A stretch of DNA of 64,000 nt from an uncultured Ruminococcus sp. (lineage in GTDB: Bacteria; Bacillota; Clostridia; Oscillospirales; Acutalibacteraceae): the NCBI GenBank assembly GCA_905235715.1, contig CAJONB010000001.1, positions 5,714 to 69,713 of the forward strand, in the 5' to 3' direction. Positions 58,222 to 64,000 of this stretch are shown in pieces (positions within the stretch are counted from its first letter, which is position 1; every line of letters starts with the position of its first letter). A program made the position numbers and the translations under genes. The notes beneath the pieces are model-generated. The model searched no databases. It saw nothing but the letters and a program-made list of their open reading frames with translations, and was not told the DNA's origin.

Positions 58222-59682
58222 ATGCGAATCAATAAAAAATATTTGATATTGAATATCATTATTGCAGCGGCTGTGATTTTTGTTGTTGTTTATTCGGCTG
58301 CGGTCGGAGGACATTTAACTTTACATACCAATAGCTTTTTTGAGAATGCCGAGTTGACCGGTTTTCATGCGGAGTATGAAAACGAAGGCGTCGTTGAAGT
58401 AACCAATGTATATTTAGCCGGTGACGGTGAACTTATCATTGAATACCAAGCGCTCGGAAAAGGAAATGCCGACGTCAATGTCAACTCTGAACTCAAGTAC
58501 GGCAACGGAAACGTCTTAAAAAACAAAAATTCCAACCAACTCAAAGTGACTCAGTTCGGCGTTATCTTCGATGAACAGCATAATTTTCAAGGGTACAGCG
58601 TGATGCTGTATACCGTAATGCTTCTGCTATTGTTGATTATTGTTTTTCTTGCAACGTCCTTTTTCTCTTATTGGCGGAGCGGTGACTTTAATTATAACAT
58701 GATTGCCTGCATCGGTGTTACGATTTTCTGTTCTGTATTATTTGCTTTTCTGCTTTATAAGCTGATAAATAACGGTATTCGGTTTTTTCAGGAATTTCTC
58801 AGAGCGTTCCTTAATATCGGAGAAGAGATATTCCTCTTGATTGTGCCGATTATGCTTGTGATGTCGTTGATGCTGGCTGTCAGCAATATATGGCTGATAC
58901 GTAACGAAGGCTTCAGACCCGTTAACGCGCTGGGTATCGTGTTCGGCTTGCTTTGGGCAGCGGCAATGATTTTGTCGTTCTGGGGAAGTGTCATCCCGGT
59001 TATTCGCAATATGAAAAATCCGAGCCTGTTTGAGCGCAGCGTGTTGTATCTTTCCTGCTACTTCGGCGCAATGTTTATCGCGACTGTGATTTGTGCGTAT
59101 CTCGCAACAAAGTATCGCCCGCCTTATGACAGGGATTACATCATCATCCTCGGCTGCGGAATCTGTGAGGACGGTACCTTGACGCCGCTTTTGAAGGGCA
59201 GAGTTGACGCGGCTCTGCAATTTGAGAAGGAACAGTTTGAAAAGACCGGGAAGCACGCAATCTTTGTCCCCTCGGGCGGACAGGGGCCTGATGAAGTTAT
59301 CTCCGAAAGTCAGGCGATGACGAATTATCTGATAGAGCAGGGTGTTGAGCGGGACAGAATCCTGATGGAGGACAAAAGCGTTAACACCATGCAGAATATG
59401 CAGTTCTCGGGAGAAGTTATCCGGAATAATTGCGAGGATTTTGAGAATTGCAAAATTGCCTTTGCTACGACGAATTATCACGTTTTCAGAGGTTACATAC
59501 TTGCGAAGAAGAACGGTTTTTCCGCACAGGGTATTTCTGCCAAAACAAAGCGTTACTTTTATTTTAATGCTTTTCTGCGCGAATTTATCGGGCTTTTGGT
59601 CGATCAAAAGTTTAATCATATTGCTTTTGTGGTGCTTACACTGGCTGTTTTTGTGCTGTCAAACCATTTTTCGGCGGGATAA
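58222..59682 (+). CDS. YdcF/DUF218 (SanA/ElyC-like) multi-pass membrane protein
   Basis: IIILGCG, LKGRVDAA, VPSGGQG, SESQAM, ILMEDKSVNTMQN, TTNYHVFRG; extra N-terminal extracellular and TM region. Confidence 0.85.
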   Translation: MRINKKYLILNIIIAAAVIFVVVYSAAVGGHLTLHTNSFFENAELTGFHAEYENEGVVEVTNVYLAGDGELIIEYQALGKGNADVNVNSELKYGNGNVLKNKNSNQLKVTQFGVIFDEQHNFQGYSVMLYTVMLLLLLIIVFLATSFFSYWRSGDFNYNMIACIGVTIFCSVLFAFLLYKLINNGIRFFQEFLRAFLNIGEEIFLLIVPIMLVMSLMLAVSNIWLIRNEGFRPVNALGIVFGLLWAAAMILSFWGSVIPVIRNMKNPSLFERSVLYLSCYFGAMFIATVICAYLATKYRPPYDRDYIIILGCGICEDGTLTPLLKGRVDAALQFEKEQFEKTGKHAIFVPSGGQGPDEVISESQAMTNYLIEQGVERDRILMEDKSVNTMQNMQFSGEVIRNNCEDFENCKIAFATTNYHVFRGYILAKKNGFSAQGISAKTKRYFYFNAFLREFIGLLVDQKFNHIAFVVLTLAVFVLSNHFSAG

Positions 59683-59790
59683 GGGTTCAAATTTCTGTCA
59701 ATCAGACAGTGACAAGCGATAAAATTAATGGTATGATTTCTATTGTATGGATAGAATAAACAGATAAGGAGCATATTTTCGGGGTACAGC

Positions 59791-60591
59791 ATGAGGAAAA
59801 AACTGGTTATTATTTCAAGTCTTGTATTTATTGTTGTTGTATTACTGGTGATTGTCAGCAGTGTTTCTGTCAGCAAAATCGAAGTGGAAGCAAATCAGCG
59901 TAAGGCTATGGAGGCCGTTACAGAGTCGCCTATCGAGACGCCGACAGAGGCTATGCCTGCGTCATCTATGATTCCCGACGTAGAATCCAAGGTAATTCCT
60001 CAGACAGAGCTGAAGGCAGGCTGTGAAACCTATGCCTGCACGATGTTGATGAACATTCTCGGCTTTGACCTCGACGAATTCAACTTTGCCGATAATTACC
60101 TTGACTGTCATTATGTTTATGAAGATGAAGACGGTAATAAGGTGGGTCCTGATATGTACAGCGCTTTTGCGGGAACAGCCTACGCAGGCTGGGGCGTATA
60201 CGCGCCGTCAATGGCAAAAAGCATGAATAAATATCTTGCAGATCAAAAATCCGAGCTGAAAGCATATAATTATGAGAATATCCCACTGGAGACGCTGTGT
60301 AAGGACTATATCGTCAACAATATTCCCGTTATGATTTGGGCGACGACCGATATGCAGGAGCCGTATGTGTTTGATACATGGACAGTCAACTATGTCGATG
60401 AAAACGCAAGAACCAAAATCGGTGATTCCTTTAACTGGTACGCGCACGAGCATTGTCTGGTGCTTGTCGGCTATGATGAAAACGAATATTATTTTGATGA
60501 TTCAGCCGCGGGCGCTGTATCGCATTTTGAGAAAGCGCTTGTTGAAGAGCGCTATCAGCAGCTCGGCTCGCAATGTATTGTCGTAAAATAA
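59791..60591 (+). CDS. C39-like cysteine peptidase, membrane-anchored
   Basis: N-terminal TM; Q..LKAGCETYACTMLMN (Cys), HCLVLVGYD (His), YFDDS (Asp); upstream GTGACA-17-TATGAT. Confidence 0.8.
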   Translation: MRKKLVIISSLVFIVVVLLVIVSSVSVSKIEVEANQRKAMEAVTESPIETPTEAMPASSMIPDVESKVIPQTELKAGCETYACTMLMNILGFDLDEFNFADNYLDCHYVYEDEDGNKVGPDMYSAFAGTAYAGWGVYAPSMAKSMNKYLADQKSELKAYNYENIPLETLCKDYIVNNIPVMIWATTDMQEPYVFDTWTVNYVDENARTKIGDSFNWYAHEHCLVLVGYDENEYYFDDSAAGAVSHFEKALVEERYQQLGSQCIVVK

Positions 60592-60625
60592 ATCATTATC
60601 AATTCACCGTATAAGGAGGTTAATC

Positions 60626-61036
60626 GTGAAAGAAATTACCTTAGACGCAACAATAAAAAATTTGGGGAAAATCACGGATTTCGTCAATAAAGAGCTTGAA
60701 AAAATCGGCTGTCCGATAAAGCCGATGAACCAGATTGATATTGTTATTGACGAGCTGTTTTCCAATATTGCATATTACGCATATAAGCCGGAGGTCGGAC
60801 CTGTTACCGTTACCGTTGATATCGAGGACAACCCCATCTGCGTTATCATTACCTTTATGGACAATGGTAAGCCCTTCAATCCGTTAACAGTATCAGAGCC
60901 GGATACCCACTTGAATGCAGAGGAACGTAAAATCGGCGGTTTGGGAATTTTTCTTGTCAAAAAGACGATGGATGACGTTACCTATGAATTCAAGGACGGA
61001 AAAAATATCCTGCGCATTAAGAAAAATGTCAGTTAA
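60626..61036 (+). CDS. RsbW/SpoIIAB-like anti-sigma-type GHKL Ser kinase (HATPase_c_2)
   Basis: GTG after AAGGAGG; N box DELFSNIAYYAY, G1 DNGKPFNP, G2 IGGLGIFLVKKTMD. Confidence 0.88.
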   Translation: MKEITLDATIKNLGKITDFVNKELEKIGCPIKPMNQIDIVIDELFSNIAYYAYKPEVGPVTVTVDIEDNPICVIITFMDNGKPFNPLTVSEPDTHLNAEERKIGGLGIFLVKKTMDDVTYEFKDGKNILRIKKNVS

Positions 61037-61053
61037 ATAAAAGGAGCTTAATT

Positions 61054-61350
61054 ATGACAATTAATAAGAAGCAAGACGGCACAACTTTATATGTAGAAGC
61101 AATCGGAAGAATCGATACGGTAACTGTTACCGAGGCTGAGAAAATGATTAAAGGCAGCCTCGACGGAATCACCGAGTTGATTTTGGATTTTAAAGAGCTT
61201 GATTACATTTCTTCCGCAGGCTTGAGATTGCTGTTATCCCTGCAAAAAATCATGAGCAAGCAGGGGAAAATGGTTGTTAGAAACGAGAATGAAACCATAA
61301 AAGAAATTTTTGAGGTAACGGGATTTTCTGAGATACTTACCATTGAATAA
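61054..61350 (+). CDS. STAS anti-anti-sigma-type protein
   Basis: GRID, LILDFKELDYISSAGLRLLL (phospho-acceptor Ser), IFEVTGF. Confidence 0.9.
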   Translation: MTINKKQDGTTLYVEAIGRIDTVTVTEAEKMIKGSLDGITELILDFKELDYISSAGLRLLLSLQKIMSKQGKMVVRNENETIKEIFEVTGFSEILTIE

Positions 61351-61390
61351 GACGTAATAAACTGTTTGTTTTACATTCAGGAGGTATAAT

Positions 61391-62563
61391 ATGATAAAAC
61401 ATACTTATAATGAAAATACTCTGACTGTGTTCCTGAGCGGTCATATTGATACTGCGAACGCCGCCTCTATAGAGAAAGAAATTTTTGATTTACTCGGTGA
61501 ATATCAACCCGCCGACGTTCTGCTGGACGCTGAGGATTTGGAATATATCAGCAGCTCGGGTCTGCGTATCGTATTAAAGCTTAGGCAGCGTTATCCTACG
61601 CTGAAAATGATTAACGTAACGTCATCGGTATATGAGATTTTCGATATGACAGGCTTTACGGAGATGATGACGATTGAAAAGGCGTACCGTCATTTTGACG
61701 TAACAGGCTGCCAGATTATCGGCAAAGGCGCCAACGGTACGGTATACCGTATTGACCGCGATACCATCGTTAAGGTTTATAATGACGCGATAAAATTAGA
61801 AGACATAAAAAACGAACACGATTTGTCGCGTACAGCCTTTGTGCTTGGCGTACCCACTGCGATTCCGTATGATGTTGTCAAGGTAGGCGACAGCTTCGGG
61901 TCTGTGTTTGAGCTGCTGAATGCTAAAAGCTTTGACGAGCTGATGGTTGAGGACGTGTCAAACCTTGATTTTGTCGTTAAGAACAGCGTAGAAATCGCTA
62001 AGATTCTTCATTCTACCGTCGCTCCGGATAACCTGCCGTCGCAGTATGATATCGCGCAGGAATGGCTCGGTGAGATAGACGGACATCTGGACGAAGCAAC
62101 CTTTAAAAAGCTCAAAAAGCTGATAGAAGAGCTTCCCGAGCACAAGACTATGATTCACGGCGATTTGCATATCAAAAACATTATGCTGCAAAACAACGAG
62201 ACGCTTTTGATTGATATGGACACCCTTTGCTACGGGCATCCGATTTATGAACTGGCGTTTATCTTCAACGCCTATCGCGGCTTCGGCATAACCGATAAGA
62301 AAGTGGTAGAGAATTTCCTCGGTATTCCGTTTGAAATTGCAGGTCGGCTATGGGAAGAAACGCTCAAGGCTTATTTTGACGGCGAATCGCCCGAGCGCCT
62401 GAAAGAGATTGAAGAAAAGGCGTCTGTCATCGGATACTTCCGTCTGATGCGCCGCGCTATCATCAAGAATTTGAATCAAACCGTGGAAGGGCAGCGCTTT
62501 GTCGATGCCTGTGAGGAAAAGCTGAAAGAATTAGTGCAGAAATACGACACGCTTGACTTTTAA
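61391..62563 (+). CDS. STAS domain fused to an APH/ePK-fold phosphotransferase (TIGR02172-like)
   Basis: GHIDTAN, LEYISSSGLR, IFDMTGF; then IGKGANGTVY, IVKVY, HGDLHIKNIM, LIDMD. Confidence 0.82.
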   Translation: MIKHTYNENTLTVFLSGHIDTANAASIEKEIFDLLGEYQPADVLLDAEDLEYISSSGLRIVLKLRQRYPTLKMINVTSSVYEIFDMTGFTEMMTIEKAYRHFDVTGCQIIGKGANGTVYRIDRDTIVKVYNDAIKLEDIKNEHDLSRTAFVLGVPTAIPYDVVKVGDSFGSVFELLNAKSFDELMVEDVSNLDFVVKNSVEIAKILHSTVAPDNLPSQYDIAQEWLGEIDGHLDEATFKKLKKLIEELPEHKTMIHGDLHIKNIMLQNNETLLIDMDTLCYGHPIYELAFIFNAYRGFGITDKKVVENFLGIPFEIAGRLWEETLKAYFDGESPERLKEIEEKASVIGYFRLMRRAIIKNLNQTVEGQRFVDACEEKLKELVQKYDTLDF

Positions 62564-62658
62564 CCGACAGGGATAAATTACAGTTTTGACATTCAACTTG
62601 CTTTTAAAAAATTGATATAGTATAATAAACGAGAATTTTGAGAAAGAGGTATTTCAAC

Positions 62659-63165
62659 ATGAAAAGAATTTTAGCTTTATCGCTTGCGGTTCTGATGATA
62701 GCGGCGGTATTTGTCGCTTGCGGCGGCTCCAAAGACGATAAAAAATCCGACAGCGCAAAGAGCGTTGACCTGACAAGTGTTCTGAACGATATCAACTCGC
62801 AGTATGATATCAACGATAGCTCGGTTGATGGTCTCAAGAAGCTTGAAACCACCGATGAGCTTGACCGCTATTATATGATTTCCGCCGATGATATCAAGCA
62901 GTTTGCCGCAGAGCGTTCCAGCTCCTCCAAAGATTTTACCGAAGTCGTTCTGGTCGAAGCAAATGACGCGGATGCGGTCAATAAAATCGTTACCCAGCTC
63001 AACAGCCGCCTTGACGCACAGCGCAGCACTGCGAGAAGCTACACTCCCGAAGCAGTCAGCATCCTTGAGGCGAGCGAAGTAAAAACAAACGGTAATTTCG
63101 TTTATCTGGTAATTAATGAAAAGCAGAGCGACATTAACAGCCTGATTGAAAATGCGCTGAAATAA
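62659..63165 (+). CDS. Lipoprotein, DUF4358-like
   Basis: Lipobox VFVAC; YTPEAVSILEASEVKTNGNFVYLVI tail; own promoter TTGCTT-17-TATAAT. Confidence 0.7.
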   Translation: MKRILALSLAVLMIAAVFVACGGSKDDKKSDSAKSVDLTSVLNDINSQYDINDSSVDGLKKLETTDELDRYYMISADDIKQFAAERSSSSKDFTEVVLVEANDADAVNKIVTQLNSRLDAQRSTARSYTPEAVSILEASEVKTNGNFVYLVINEKQSDINSLIENALK

Positions 63166-63181
63166 TGATTTTGATTGATTT

Positions 63182-63214
63182 GGCAGACGTTTGGCGCGTC
63201 TGCCTTTTCTTTTT
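63182..63214 (+). terminator. Terminator after the lipoprotein gene
   Basis: ggcagacg / cgtctgcc hairpin plus T-run. Confidence 0.75.
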
Positions 63215-63316
63215 GGTTAAGAGAATGTAACCTATTACTGATAATTAAGAATTATAGAAATCGCACGGTATGGTAGAATAACTACGACTTTGAATCACAG
63301 AACACGAGGATAAACA

Positions 63317-63583
63317 ATGACGAATTTAGACGAAATACAAGCACGCTTCAACAAAATGAATGATATGCAGAAGAAAGCGGTTTTTCACACCGAAGGGCCA
63401 CTGCTGATACTGGCGGGCGCAGGCTCGGGCAAGACGACTGTCCTTGTTAACCGCATTGCCTATATCATGCAGGCGGGTCTTGCCGAGCCGTGGCAGATTC
63501 TCGAGTACGGACAGTCGATCGGTGATATCTATGATGTCGTTGTGGAAAACATGCAGCGGCAGGAAGAAGGCCTCAAGGGCTGA
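63317..63583 (+). pseudogene. pcrA: 5' fragment of a PcrA/UvrD helicase, similarity lost after PWQIL, fused to 26 unrelated codons
   Basis: [36 protein letters not shown]...PWQIL; the expected AITFTNKAA is absent. Confidence 0.8.
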
Positions 63584-64000
63584 GCGAACTTCCGATTATA
63601 TCCAAAGAAAGGGTTCCTGCGGTATGTATTAAAATACTGGTCAACTATCCATGGGCTTACTCCCCACATCCTCGGAACTACCCTGTCTATAAAAATATCA
63701 ATGCAGCTGTACCTCATGCAGGTATCCTTAAGGAAACTGAAATCCCTGTTGTAGAGGACTGCTGTCCGTGGCAAGTTAAATACTGACGAATTCCAGTTCC
63801 ACCCGTGATTTTTCAGATATCCCCAGTGCCATTGGTCTTTATCAAAGGCGTATAATCCTGCTTCATAATTTTCCGACCTTTCTGCCCCATGTATTGTCCT
63901 GTATGCTTCCCAGGTCTGGATTTTGGGCTTCCTGAAGTCCTTCCTGAAATCCTTGGTATGACAGAAGTAGCGGGTCAGCACTTCTTCACCGTTCTTCTGG
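63529..64000 (-). CDS. Foreign-looking ORF, open to the window edge; tentatively a PcfJ-like phage/ICE protein fragment
   Basis: Frame is open from 63999 ([12 protein letters not shown]...); aromatic-rich; frequent AGG Arg codons unlike the neighbouring host genes. Confidence 0.4.
   Translation of the reverse strand, partial: QKNGEEVLTRYFCHTKDFRKDFRKPKIQTWEAYRTIHGAERSENYEAGLYAFDKDQWHWGYLKNHGWNWNSSVFNLPRTAVLYNRDFSFLKDTCMRYSCIDIFIDRVVPRMWGVSPWIVDQYFNTYRRNPFFGYNRKFAQPLRPSSCRCMFSTTTS

Noticed and set aside
63499-63504. XhoI site at the pcrA junction as proof of a cloning artefact
   Set aside because: CTCGAG occurs many times in the window, so one 6-mer is not evidence; kept only as a remark

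Overview
A mostly core-chromosome window from a spore-forming Clostridia (Oscillospirales) genome. The dockerin-bearing amylase and a cohesin-dockerin protein suggest a Ruminococcus bromii-like starch degrader (inference). Housekeeping blocks: dnaE (5' partial)-pfkA; spoIIGA-sigE; a nine-gene V/A-type ATPase operon with Na+-type c-ring residues; rpsB-tsf-pyrH-frr-uppS-cdsA-dxr-rseP-ispG-polC; mtaB; queA-tgt and yajC; asd-dapA-dapB; cdaA-cdaR; a rodA/ftsW-type gene; tsaE-tsaB-rpiB-upp. Accessory material lies between them: a MORN-repeat protein, a 1095-aa multi-module GH13 amylase with an internal dockerin, two tandem ricin-B/Fn3-like secreted paralogues splitting tgt from yajC, and a 7-kb block after upp. 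That block holds a YD-like lipoprotein, a cohesin-dockerin adaptor-like protein, a DUF218 protein, a C39-like peptidase, and an RsbW-like kinase / STAS / STAS-kinase partner-switching trio with no sigma factor or phosphatase. The window ends in a pcrA 5' fragment fused to foreign-looking DNA. I saw no rRNA, tRNA, CRISPR array, transposase, integrase or reverse transcriptase. All calls are from motif recognition by eye; no searches were run.
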